Source: Vicugna vicugna
Lineage: Eukaryota
Assembly (NCBI GenBank): GCA_013265495.1
Contig: MU063753.1
Coordinates: forward strand, 1,345,737 to 1,409,736
DNA: 64,000 nucleotides
Direction: 5' to 3'
Made by a program: the position numbers and the translations under genes. Position 1 is the stretch's first letter. Every line of letters begins with the position of its first letter. Below are positions 12,530 through 25,996 of this stretch, piece by piece. The notes under the pieces were generated by a model. The model was not told the origin of the DNA, did not search any database, and was given only the letters and a program-made list of their open reading frames with translations.

Positions 12530-15034
12530 CTAAGACCCAATCTATTCTGCTCCCAGGACTCCAAAATCCTCAAGGCAAACATATGGGGCCAAAGAAATAA
12601 ACACTCCGACCATGCCATTTATTCTAACCAGAAACATGCACAAAACAGCTACATGTAATTTAAGGAAGACCCAGACTGGTCTACAGCCAACAAGTCTAGC
12701 TGTATCTAGAGTCTTAGGTATAGGATCTTCCAGATCAGTCAGGAAACCAATACAGAGTAACGGCTCTAGAACCACTGTGTGGGCTACAATATAAAGACAG
12801 CACATCATAGGAGGAAATTAACAGCTTGAAATGAGTGCCTGTTCTAAGTTCCATATCATCTTACAGTGATGTCATTCTGTGGCAAAAGAGTTCACACTTT
12901 TTTTAGGGACAGACACAAGTCTCAGGTTTGTATATATCCCTTCAGCAGAAGGCATTCACAAAACTCACTGATACGCTACTGATAATCATGGGCTGGCAAC
13001 AGCAGAGTATCAGCCAGTGAGCTGCTGAATCTGAAAATTGTAACAAAAGTCCTGGAATTGAACTAGTTTAGCCCTTCTTCTAGAAAACAGATCTAGAGGT
13101 GTATTCAAGAAACAGTCTCTGGCAAATATTTCAGAATGGAGGTTAAGACTGGAGGTAGCCAAAAGTATAGCTACAGGCATTTCATCCAGCTGGGCCAACC
13201 ATGTTTAGTCTCTTCTGGTAGTTTCCCCAGTCTATGCACGCACTAAACTGCCTTCCACATCTAGGTTAAGTCAGTTGCCTAAAGGCAAAGAGTATCGTGC
13301 GTGGACAAAAACATCAAAGTCCTCAGAATGCCAACGGCTGGCAGGTGCTGGCCTTTTGACTGTGCCAACCACAAATAAGATTCTTCATAAACTGGACTGG
13401 GCTGCACCTGCCACTACACGGAAAGGTGAGACTGGGAGGGTGCAGGCAGCATCCACAGCACACCTGGCCTTGGCTAAGCTCTGCACCTGTTTCCAGGCCA
13501 CTCTATATTTTCCTTTCCCCTCTAAGTCCTTTGTTGGGCTTCTGTGCCCTGTCTAAGCACCTTTCAACAAGTTCTCGGCTCCCAGCTGCTATTTCTGGCT
13601 TGGGTCCAAGGCCAAGCTGGGGTGGGGAAGTCCCTCTGGCTTCTTGCCAGAACCATATCCCAGCAGACCGGCCCTGGCCAATCACACACGGCCCCTGATT
13701 TACAGGGCAGCTGTGCCTTTCACTCTAGCACTAGGACTGTGCTGGCATACACATGAATGAGGAACGGGCATATGATGCACTGTGCCATCAAGCCTTTCTG
13801 ACTCAAAGATGGGGGAGTTATTGTGCCCTTACCACAGGAGAAAGTTCCAAATCATCACAAAAAACCCGTCTTTTGTTACAGACTAATTGTTAGCCCTGGG
13901 GAGAAAAGAAGCTGCACTAGAAATCTGTGGCAGTAAACTTCAATTTCAGCTGACACAAAGACTTCCATCTAAAGGACATATAGAGAAAGCAAGGTAAGAA
14001 GAAAGTGTAAAGAGCCCCTTGGAACCAGAACCATACTAGAGAGCACTGGCAGAGAGTGAGAACCGGGAGACAGATCCAGTGGTCGACAACATGGATCAAG
14101 GTGTTTCTGTTCAGAGGCACTGAGGGGCTGGGGAGACCTCAGATGTCCTCATCTGTAACTGGAAGCAGAAGTCTAACGGCAAAAGGCAAATAGGGGATGA
14201 TTCAAGAGCATGTTAAAGACGTGCCCACAAGATAAAACTGAGGTTTCATTTTGCTTAATCTCCTTTAAATTAATCTCCTTTTAGCTCATAACCACACAAT
14301 TTCTTACTGGAGTCCCAAATACTAATGCTGTCTGGCTGAAGTTATAGCTAAAAGAAACGAGTGCAGCGTAGAGTTGAGTGCGAACTTCGGAGTCAGGCCT
14401 GCATTCAGTACTCTACTGCTTATTAGCTAGGGGATTTTTGGCAAGTTATTTAACTTCTCTAAGCCTCCATTTCCTTAGCCGAAGGAAAAAAGAAAACAAA
14501 CAAAAAACGACTATCACCCACCCTGAAGGCTCAGTAATATATACACGGCACCAAATTTAGTGCCAAGGATGTGGTACAGGTCCAATGAATGAGAATTTCC
14601 TTCCCTTTTCCTTAAAAGTGCTGTTCAACAGTTGAAGTTAGAGTTGCAGCAGCCTGAAGCACCACACAAAAGCAATGCTGAGAGAACTGGTGAAGGTTTT
14701 GTCTTTTTATACTCCTCATCTGGTGCAAGAACCATTTTAATTAAGAAAGCCTCCCGATAGAAATCTGATTGTTCTTCAGGTACAAAGTTTGAAGCTAAAA
14801 ATCAACCCTGAGGACCAATTCTGCTAAGATGTTGCTATTTTGCTCTAGCTATTTGCAGCCAAAATCCATGTGTTCAAGGCAATCATTTATGCACAAGACC
14901 CTCCCCCTCATTGCCAGGTGAGGTCCCAAACCTTAAAACAGGTCCAGAAATTAAAGTTCACTTTCTGGGTGAACTGAAGACATTTACATTCTATTGAAAA
15001 TAGACCCAGGGATGAGGAAAAACATGAGACTTAC

Positions 15035-15112
15035 TGTTCAAGAAACGATTTTTAACCCATCGGTTTTGTTTCCGGGCGTATCTCTTAGTCACTTGTTTCA
15101 GAGCCTCAATAC
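15035..15112 (-). CDS. TRIT1: TRIT1 exon 8: (G)[25 protein letters not shown]
   Basis: tccttcag|GTATTG acceptor, AACA|gtaagt donor, 78 nt; TKRYARKQ is the conserved IPT/MiaA motif. Confidence 0.96.
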
Positions 15113-15319
15113 CTGAAGGACAAGGTAGCTGTAAGAACCTCTATGTGTTTTTCACTCTGCCATTGGCAAGCCCACCCAGCCCAACATTAGAGAAAACTAG
15201 CCACAGGAGCATACTGGTGGGCACTCCATAGATGAAAATCTCAATTCTGAGCTGAAGGCCATCTGGGACTCTTCTATCCTCAGCTCTTTCTCAGACCACA
15301 CCAACAGGATACTCTGTCA

Positions 15320-15490
<171 letters not shown>

Positions 15491-15853
15491 TCAGCAGATG
15501 AGCCATTGCATCTGAGAGCTAGCAGGGGCCTTGGAAATGCTCTAGCTGAGCCATTTCATCTCACAGATGAGGAAACTGAGATCCTTAGCAGTTACTACCT
15601 CTCTGAAATCCTTCCTCCACCCCAACCCCCAACCAGCTCCCAGGTTACTTTCCTTGAAAATTGACTCCTGGGAATGTCTGACAGATTAGAAAATCGCAAC
15701 TGTAACAAGTACACCAAACCTCCTTCCAATAAGCCTTGCCAATGCCAAGGACAAAGGCTGATGAACAAGTAGATACAAAGCCAGTACTATGTTTATGGTC
15801 TTGACCATAAGCAAGGGGTAGAGAGTAGGTGAAAGTAACAGCCAAATCCTCAC

Positions 15854-15965
15854 CTATTTTCTGCAACTTTCTTCTCATTATAGCGTCTATGAAAATCTCT
15901 TAGTTCATCCAAGAGCCCAGCAGCAAGCATGTTATCCACCCTCTTATCCAGGCGCTTATCTAGAA
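15854..15965 (-). CDS. TRIT1: TRIT1 exon 6: (V)[36 protein letters not shown]
   Basis: gattcaag|TTCTAG acceptor, ATAG|gtgagg donor, 112 nt. Confidence 0.95.
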
Positions 15966-17642
15966 CTTGAATCAAATTAACCCATCAACCAGCAAGCCTG
16001 CCGTAGGTGTGTACTATACATGATGCATGCACAGGCTGCCACAAAGAAGAGAATTTGTTCAAACGGAAGAAAGGGTTCCGAGTTCAAAGACTATATAGTA
16101 ACTCATATTATATTTAGTCACACTTAAAACTCTTCAATTTCAATAAAAACCACCAGAATGAAGCAAGTCTTCTCCTTATATAAAGAGAAAGCACACAATT
16201 ACAGCTATTAGGAAGAACAAATATTTTATTCTTGTATGGAATGTATATCCATCGTTTACTGTAGAGGCAGTAAACCCCCTGGTTTACCCTTACTTTTTCC
16301 CATTATATTTGTTACTCCAACTTTATTTCATATTTAAGAACTCTCAGATGACACATTAAATAGGAAAGAGAAACTTTAAACCAAAACCATCCTGGGTATA
16401 ATCTGAACTACTGAGCCAGGCAAAGGAGCAAAGAGCGGGAATAATCATTCTGATGTGGTGGTCAAACACAGCCATATTATGAATCAGATACCGCTATTTA
16501 ATGTTGAATTGTAATACACATTTTTATTTATAAAATTTTCATTATTAAAACATTATATTTTTCTATAAACTTAAAACCGAGATTAATTTAACAAATTTCT
16601 ACCATTTCAATTATGTAATTCTGTATCTCCGCCATTGCTACTTCTCGGTCTACAATGATAGTAACCTTTTTCCTTATCTTCCTAAAAAGTTTACATTTAG
16701 GACTATGTGTCAGGCACATTCTGAGCACTTTGCATGTATTATTAACTCACCTAATCCTCAATGAAACTAAAATTATGTATTATTATTATCATCTCCATTT
16801 TATAGAAGAGAAAATTGGGACACAGAAAGGTAAACCAACTTGCTTTAAAATTCACACAGCCAGAGATGATGGAGCAGGAATTTGAATCCAGATAGTTTGG
16901 CTCAGAGACATGCTCTCAATAACTAAATTATACTGCCTGTTTCCATAATAATCTTATCTTTCTATACCTATCTCATAAGTCAGCTTTACAAACTGGTCCT
17001 GACTCCCTCCAGGGAATGTGCATCATCCCTTCTCTTTGGCCCAACTGCATTTTCTAGCCCAGCATTTATCACAACGTAGTATCTAACTCATTATTTGTTG
17101 CCCCAGTGGACTGGGAGCTCCTTTAGGGCAGGTACAGTGTCATATTCATCTCTGAAATCCAAGTACTATCAAGAATACTTAACACTTCATTGAATGTTTA
17201 CGATGTTTGTTGGATAAAAAAGTTACTATTATCACAGGGCATTAGCAGAAAATAAACCAAAAAAACCTATCAGGCTAGTTAGCTATCATTCCCACTTCTC
17301 AGGTCTACTGCTTCTAGAATAATCAGTGATCCAGGCTTTAGCCAATCCAGGGAGTCACAACTCCTTCCACAAGAGCCTTCCCTTCTCTTTCTCTCTGGAT
17401 CTTCCATGGATGGCAGTCTCTTTCCCATCCCATCTTATCTCATCCTTGGTATCTTATACTAATGCCAGGGCTACCCTTCCCCACTTTCCAGACAGATACC
17501 TAGGAGAATGGCACTATGCCTAAGTCAACAAATAATAGCAATGATAATAAAATTGTTTAGTGCTTATTATAAGCCACTCATGGTTCTAAGCATTTTATAT
17601 ACAGTAATGTATGACTACAAGCTCTATCTCAGATGGACTCTA

Positions 17643-17810
<168 letters not shown>

Positions 17811-19045
17811 TCATTTGAAAAGGGAAAGTGGGCACACCCATAAAAACTATTAGGAAATATTAATTCTTAAGTGAAACAGGAGAGAAGCTATTTATTGTAG
17901 AATGCCTCATTGTCATTTTCACTGGGTAAGCCCCTGAACACATGAAGGTCTAGGGTTACTGCAATCCTAACGTTTCTTAGGACTCAGAAAAGGGTCCTAA
18001 GGAAAACTTTAGGTAAAGTAAGAAATAAAACTATTTTTCAAAACATACATAAAATTTTCTGGAATTAGTTACACAGGTTCAGAAACAACAGGTTTCTTCA
18101 ACACAAATAGGACACGTTCACTTTTAGGTAAGCAGTAAAAAGCTTGTCTGGGACACTTTGTTATAAGCCAACAAGTCTAGTCTTGCTGGAATGCCTTTCC
18201 CACAGTACAGAAGTATGTTGTATATCCAGCTCATCAACTTCCTTTTTAAATACATCTAAAATTAATGAAGAATGCTCTGACTAATTCAGTACTCCACTAG
18301 CACAAAGATCACTGAAGAAACATACTTATTCTTAAGCCACCATCTACTCTGTCGGTATCTATTATGTTATGCAGCACTAGGTAATTTAACTCCTGAATCT
18401 ATACTCAACCACTCTGGATGATTGCAGCTTATCAGCTTGAAAGTGATCTTTCCCTTCCTGATCCAACTACTTCCTGAAATCCTAACACAAGAGTTACAGA
18501 CCCTTGTCTTTCCATATCACTGGTCACTCAAAGAGGACCTATAAGGGAAAAATGTAGTAATAGGTACCTTACTTATCTGGAGGTTATAATACAGCCTCAA
18601 ACCAAAAGAAAGATGAAAAAAAGTCCTCCAATCTTCTTTAAGATACTCTAGAGCTCTTGCTTAGAACATACTGCTCTTACTAAAACACAATTCTCAACTC
18701 ACTAGTTAAAAAGTAGCAAAATGAGGAGAAATGATCTGATTTTTAAAAAAAAGTGGATAATAATGACAAAGCTCTAGAATTATACCATAAATATAAAAAT
18801 GAATGTTCATCATAGTGTCCCTGAGTTTTCAAAAAATTTTGGAAGATTTCTATTAAAATGTTTAAAATAAAATATTGAGATACTGGAAGGTATAAACTTC
18901 ACTTTTAATCTAGAATATGAATTTTCAACAAAATATGGCCTTCAAGGGGGCAAAAAAACCTTAGCCATTACAATGATATGTGGCCCTCCAAAAAGCAATC
19001 ATACCCTCCAAAATCCCATTCCTCAGTATTAATATTTCACGAGGG

Positions 19046-19460
19046 CCTCGCTTCGCTTCTCTGCCATCCTATATGTGGTTGAATTTGCTCCTCACCATGT
19101 CTTCTCATAAGACTTTCAAGATCAAGTGATTCCTGGCCAAGAAACAAAAGCAGAATCGTCCCATTCCCCAACAGATGTGAACAAAAACTGGTAATAAAAT
19201 CAGTACAACTCCAAGAGAAGACATTGGAGAAGAACCAAGTTGGGTCTGTAAGGAGTCGCCCACATGAGGTGGCACACGTATTTAAGCTGTGCCAAGAGCA
19301 CTTGCGTCTTACCATATCACTCTGAAAACATTACTACTATCTGAACAGCTGGATGAGTTTAACTGCGAAAATGATGATTTTTCTCTCCGTATCAGTGTTT
19401 CTGCACTAGTGCTTTGGCTCAGTAATAAATATGTGAGACATTCCGACGGGGAAAAAAAAA
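19046..19460 (+). pseudogene. RPL39: RPL39 processed pseudogene in TRIT1 intron 4, antisense to TRIT1
   Basis: ATG at 19097 reads [30 protein letters not shown](frameshift)YNSKRRHWRRTKLGL*, ending at 19251. Intronless, with a pyrimidine-rich 5' UTR, AATAAA at 19424-19429, A9 at 19452-19460 and a degraded target-site duplication. Confidence 0.95.
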
Positions 19461-19709
19461 CTTCATGGGGGAGGGAGGGAAGCACAATTAGGAAACAAAT
19501 TTCTAAAAAGGTTTGGGGGGTGGATAATAAAAAAGGATTAAGAAACACTGACCTAGAACATTCATTTGAGTGGAATACTTCATAACCCCTATCAATACCA
19601 GGTACTGTTATAATATTTAATCTTTATGACCATCCATATAGTTAGGTCCTTCATTAGATCTTCTACTATGCCAGATATGGTATCACTCCCAACACTAAAG
19701 AAAAGTACA

Positions 19710-20192
19710 CCTAAGTGGTGACTGTTTTGTAACGTATAGAAATATCAAATCACTACGTTGTACACTAGGAATCAAGACAGTGTTGCAGGCCAATTACACT
19801 TCAAAAACAAACAAACAAACTCACAGAAAAAGAGATCAGATGTGTGGCTACCAGAGGTTAGGGATGGGGGAAGGGAGACTGAATGAAGGTAGTCAAAAGT
19901 ACAAACTTCCACTTGCAAGATAAACAAGTACTAGGTATGTCATGTACAACATGATAAATATCATGGACACTCCTGTATGTTATATATGAAAGTTAAGAGT
20001 GAGGTCTGAGAGTTCTCATCACAAGGAAAACAATTTTTTTTCTTTTTCTTTTATTTTGTATCTATAAAAGTACACTGAACTTATTGTGGTAATAATTTAA
20101 GGATGTATGTAAGGAAAATCATTATGCTGTACACCTTAAACTTACACAGTGGTGTATGTCAATTATACCTCAATAAAACTGGAAAAGAAAAA
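19710..20192 (+). mobile_element. LINE-1 3' UTR fragment
   Basis: Ends in ...atgctgtacaccttaaacttacac...tcaataaaactggaaaagaaaaa. Confidence 0.75.
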
Positions 20193-20924
20193 ATAGATAA
20201 AATGACTGATAAAATGAAGATAGATGCAGTCAGAAGTGAAAAGAATACGGGGCCAATGAAGATGCATATTTATGGAGGAAAAGAAAGAAAAGTATACCTA
20301 ATCCTTGCAATGAGGCTGCAATTTTTAAACAACCTAAGAGAAAAAGTAAAAAACAAAAAACAAAAAACAAAAACAAAAACAAAAAACACCCACACACAAA
20401 AGTGAAAAAAAAAGCACAGGAAAAAAATTTTTTTTAAATAAAACAACCTAAGAAAACATGGTTCATGAACTCATCAGGTCATCTCTCCCTTCCTTTCAAG
20501 AAAGTCTCCATGTGTAAAGGTGAGATGATCTATGAGACAGTTTATAAAATCTGCCTCCCACTGGCCAAGCTGCTGGGGCAGAACTCAGCATTGCACAATC
20601 AATTATGAAACCTAAATCACAATGCCAACTAACTGCATGCCACAAAAAGTGTATATAAAAATGTTATACAAGCAAAGATCAAACAGAAAATGAAGCAAAA
20701 TTACATAGGCCCTAGGGAAAAACTGTACTGTATTATGCATTTTAAATGTAACAACAAAGTAAGGTGCAACTATTTACTAAGGGAGCTGGACTGAGGAGCT
20801 TCCTAACTAGAACACATCAATCTCCACTAACTGCTTTTATCAAACGTTCTCCTGGGCATAGTGAAGAAGTGACTGCCCTCCAACTGTAAAGGGGCCTGGG
20901 GTCAGTGGGCCCCAGCCTTCTCAC

Positions 20925-21070
20925 CTGGCCACTTTGCGCTTGTCATGTGGGTGCAGCTTGGCAGCCATTTCTGGGTCCACCTGGCTTAGGCGTTTGTGGA
21001 GTGCATGACCATCCTCCTTTTCAAGCTCTACTTTCCGGTCAATCACTTGCACAGTGCCCATCCCCTGGGG
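20925..21070 (-). CDS. TRIT1: TRIT1 exon 4: [48 protein letters not shown](R)
   Basis: tttaatag|CCCCAG acceptor, CCAG|gtgaga donor, 146 nt. Confidence 0.96.
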
Positions 21071-21777
21071 CTATTAAATGAAGGTTTAGAGGTAAATTTA
21101 ATCCAACAATTCCACAAATACTGAGGCAATGAATGTGCCAAGCATTTTGCTACGTGTTAGGAATACAGAATCGAGATGAATGAGAAGGTCTTGCCATATA
21201 GTGAGAGACAGATCATAAACAGAAAATTCCAATACACCATGGTAGTGCTGTGAGGCCACAGCAAAGAGGAATAGGACTTACTGCCTATGATGGTTCTCAG
21301 GTACCCTGTTTCCTTGTCAGAAGTACAAATAGCTACCATGGCTAACACACCTACATTAACATATCTAGGAGTCTAGTCTTCTCAACAAGTGTGACCAAAG
21401 AGTGGACCAGAATTACCAGCACATTATAGTTTGGAAAGTCCCACCCAATGCAATAGCATCTCTGTAAGAAAGGTTAGTATCACACATCTCCCTGATATAC
21501 AGATTGCTATCGCCAGGAAATGCTGAATCAGACTAATGTACTGTTCACTTACATGGAGATGATAATTAATTCACAGAGGAGCGCTTTTCCCACACACAGC
21601 CCCAGCCCTTAGGACAGCCTGGAGGAGCACACATCACATATGGAGGTGGAACTTGCTTCAGAATATTAAGTAGGAAAATTACTACAGTTGCTGACTATAA
21701 GAAATAGGCAAGAGTCAAACTTTCTCCCACTAAAATCAGCTGGCAAGAAAGGAAGAATCCACTTCCTCAGTGAATTA

Positions 21778-21990
<213 letters not shown>

Positions 21991-24276
21991 TTAGACAGCA
22001 GAGGAGAAAGGGCAGAAACCAAGATGAACTGATACTAGTCTTCACTGTTTCTCATGAGTTCTCAAGAATCATTTCCTAGTGTTTCTGGAGGGACTTGCAT
22101 AAACCAGAGACAGATACATGATGGTATTTCCTTCCAGTTCTAGAACTTCCTAGGCCTTGATGCTAAAATTCAAAGCTTGCTTAGTATTCCAAATCAGCTT
22201 AACAAGCACAAGCCTAAGGACTCTCACAGAACCAAGTGTCAGCTGCTCAGGAAGCCACCAAGGTGATGTTCATTGTGTAACTTTGCCTTCCAAGGCAAAT
22301 TACAAGCTGGCTTCTCTAAGCCGTGCTTGGTAGACTCAGTCAGTCCACCATTCTGTGGTAGAAGTGCACACTGAAGCCACTTGAGACTCTACCAGATAAA
22401 CTGAGAAGCACAGCCTGTGAAGGTAGATTTCAATTACCAGCTCCAACACTTGGGCAAGTTACTCAACCTGTCTGAGCTTCAGTTTTCTCACCTGTAAAAT
22501 CCTCATGAGGTCTTATGAGCATTACATGTGACAATGCAAATGAAACCCCTAAGACAACACCTGAAATATCTTTCTCAACTGAGTAAGCACTCAACTTACT
22601 TTAGTCACTATTGTTTTTATATCCCTGCTACTTTCAATTCTTCTCTTAAGAATCTCTGCTGAATAGATATGTTTTAAGAGCTTTGCTTCTGAGGATAACT
22701 GATAAAGACCGTTAACACACTTCTTCCCCTTGCTGCCAGTCTGTGAGCACATACAGATGACCTCTTTTCTATCAGAAGCCCTCTGTAAGAGGCTGGGGTA
22801 GGGTAGTGAGAAAGATGTTATCAATCGAGAATCATAAAGAAGAAATTTGTCTATTTGTTTTTTATAAAGAAAAACAAATTTAATATTTCCTCCCTTGAAC
22901 ATACTGATCTTCACATCATCCAAATCTGGGCGACAGTTGTGTTCTTCAGGAGCATCTGGTCCACAGTGGGTGATCAACATGCTAAGTATAAGGATCAAAC
23001 AATTACACAGTAATTGTAATAAAACTTCAAATATATGACTAAGAAAGGGAATCAGAAGGGAAAGGGAATGGTTGAGATACCAGAAGGGGAGAGATGGAAA
23101 AGAGGGGGGCAGATGGGATAGGAGATATTTGGTGGGAAAAGGTTTAAATTGTTTGCCTAAGCCATGAAACAACTGTGACCCTAGGCAAAACCCTTCTCTC
23201 TGGACCTCAGTATCTAGTACTTTCACCTATCAAATCAAGCACGTTGATCGAGTACTAAAGGTATTTTGAGTTTTGAAATTCTGATTCTAGGTTCTTATTG
23301 AAATTCACAAATCTCTAATCCTATAAGTGATCTGATTAAGTCATCACCTGTTGTTGTTGCCCTTTGAAAATTTTAATTAGATTTCCATTTTCCATCAGTT
23401 CTTTCTAAACAACCAAACTGTCTTATGGCAACAATGTACATTTGGGTGATATGTTTTAATTTGCAAAGGGCTTTCATATACATTATTTCATCTGGTAGAA
23501 CCACCCTGTAAAGCAGGTAGGGCAATAATTATTATCTGCATTTTAATCTCTGCCCATTTGATAGGCAAAAAAATTATCTCATTATTTTGATTTGCATGGC
23601 CCTGATTAACAGCAAGGATAAACACTTTTTCATATTTATTACCATTTACATTTCTTCCCTTGTGAATTACTACTCATGCTCTTTTAGCATGTTTTGTAAA
23701 GAGTTCTTCATATATTAAGTATAAACCATTTGCCTTTTCGATGTTACAAGTATCTTTCCCCTGGGGTTAGAGTCTAGTTTTTAATTTTGTTTCTAGTGCT
23801 GTTTCCTTCTATTTTTAATTATAAAATATTCAATACATACAAAAGAATATATGTAATATATACAAATTATGGAGCCTAATAATAAAATAAACACTCATGA
23901 ACCCAATGTGAGAAAGGAAATATTATCAATTCCTTTGAAGCTTCTTGTGTATGAATTCCTATCCCAGCCCTTAATTCTCCTCTCCCTGAGAGAACCACTG
24001 TCCTGAACTGTTTTGGGTATTTTGTTTTTCATCATTCCTTTGCTTTTCTTTACATTATTACTGATTTATATATAATCCTAAACAACATATTGGTTTTACT
24101 TGCTTCTTAACTTTTATAATAAATATGTATGTATCTTTCTATAATTTCCAGCATTTTATGTTGCTTCTGAGATTCTTTCACATTGATTGATGCATATAGC
24201 TACAATTTATTCATTTTCACTGCTGAAAAGTACTTAACATATATAAACAAAGCACATTTTATACATTCTTTTTTTA

Positions 24277-24394
24277 GGTGGTGGTAATTAGGTTTATTTG
24301 TTTAATTCTTTTTATAATGGAGGTACTGGGGATTGAACCCAGGACCTAATGCATGCTAAGCACGTGCTCTACCACTTGAGCTATGCCTTCCCCC
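24277..24394 (-). mobile_element. tRNA-Ala-derived SINE (Vic-1-like), copy a
   Basis: GGGGGAAGGCATAGCTCAAGTGGTAGAGC...TTAGCAT...GGTTCAATCCCCAGTACCTCCA followed by an AAACCTAATTACC tail; A and B boxes present. Confidence 0.88.
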
Positions 24395-24879
24395 TAAACA
24401 TTCTTCTGTATAAGTAGGAATTGGGTGTTTATGTATTTTTGCTGTTAAGAGCAATGCTGCTGTTATAAATGAGATCTACCAACTATCTCCTGGTGTACTT
24501 GTGGCAAGGTCTTTCCAGGGCAGAGTCATAGGAGTTCTAGCTGAAATACTTTCTTGTCAATACAAATTCTTAATTCTTACAAGTCTAAATCCAGTTACTT
24601 TCCTTTGAAAAAAAAAAAAGACTATTATGGGCAAAGATGGTGCTAATGACTGCACAATAGTGTGAATGTATGTAATACCACTAAACTGTATGCTTAAAAA
24701 TGGTTAAGATGGTAAACTTTATGTGTATTTTAATCCAATCAAAAAAATTGAATTAAAAAAATCCTTAAAAAAAGACCGTATCTACAAAGTCCTTCCCTAC
24801 TCTAAAATCACATAACTACTCAATTATGTTATCCCATTTGTGTTAAAGTCTCATTAAAAAAAAAAATATATATATATAT

Positions 24880-25014
24880 TTTTTTATTTATTTTATTTTT
24901 GCAGGGGGAAAGGTTTATTTATTTACTTACTTTTTCAATGGAAATACTGGGGATTGAACCTAGGACCTTGTGCATGCTAAGCATGTGCTCTACCGTTTGA
25001 GTTACACCCTCCCC
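24880..25014 (-). mobile_element. tRNA-Ala-derived SINE, copy b
   Basis: Same head, B box and A-rich tail as copy a. Confidence 0.85.
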
Positions 25015-25554
25015 ACTCCCAAAATATATACATTTAACTCTAAAATATATGTCATATATAATAAGAACCTGATTTTTTTCCAAAATAATTAACTGCCTCA
25101 GGAGTAATTATTAACTATTGCATTATTTCTCCATTATTTTGAAATGCCACCTTGATCATAAGCTAAATATTTATATCCACTTGAATTTGTATCTGAATTT
25201 TCTATTGTGTGCCATAAATTTGTCTAGTGTAAGTTCCATGCTATTATAATTATTATAAGTTTCTGGTATGTTTTAATATGTAGCAGCCCAGATATTAAAG
25301 TATGAGGGCAGATCCCCACAGATTATTCTTTTTTCAAAATTTTCTTGGGTTAACCCAGAACTATTTTTTTCTAACCCCTCTGAAAGTCTAACTATAATTC
25401 CCATATATTTATAAATTAATTTCTTATCCCCATTTAAAGGTGGGAGACTAAAACTCAGTGAGGTAAATAATAAAATTCATATGATCAAAAGAGGCAATTC
25501 TAAGACTAGGACACAGATTTTCTGGTTCCTAAATCAGTGTTCTCTCCACTAAAA

Positions 25555-25712
25555 CAGCGTTTCTCAATTTTAATATGCATATGAATCACCCAGGACTCTT
25601 CTTAAATGCAGATTCTGATTCAGTAGATCTAGAATGAGGCCTAAATTTAGCATTCCTACAAGCTCCCGAGGGATGCTGATGCTGCAGTCTGAGGTCAAGA
25701 CTTTGAGTAGCA
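25555..25712 (+). mobile_element. MER5A-like hAT-Charlie MITE
   Basis: cagcgtttctcaa...gaatcacc...ttctgattcagtagatct...gcattcctacaagctccc...gatgctgatgctgc...actttgagtagca. Confidence 0.75.
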
Positions 25713-25765
25713 ACAGCACTATCTGTCAATCATATAGTTCTGATGAGTTCTTGTGTATGCATCTA

Positions 25766-25996
<231 letters not shown>

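Noticed and set aside
22591-23226. 211-aa ORF as a standalone gene
   Set aside because: GTG start inside a MIR-like remnant, low-complexity N-terminal third, and no promoter or recognisable domain. Only its splice-site-bounded parts are kept as hypotheses.
24277-24394. Apparent tRNA-Ala(AGC) genes (this and the other six SINE copies)
   Set aside because: They have extra 5' G/A bases, disrupted stems, a shared AAACCTAATTACC/A-rich tail and TSDs. They are SINEs, not tRNA genes.
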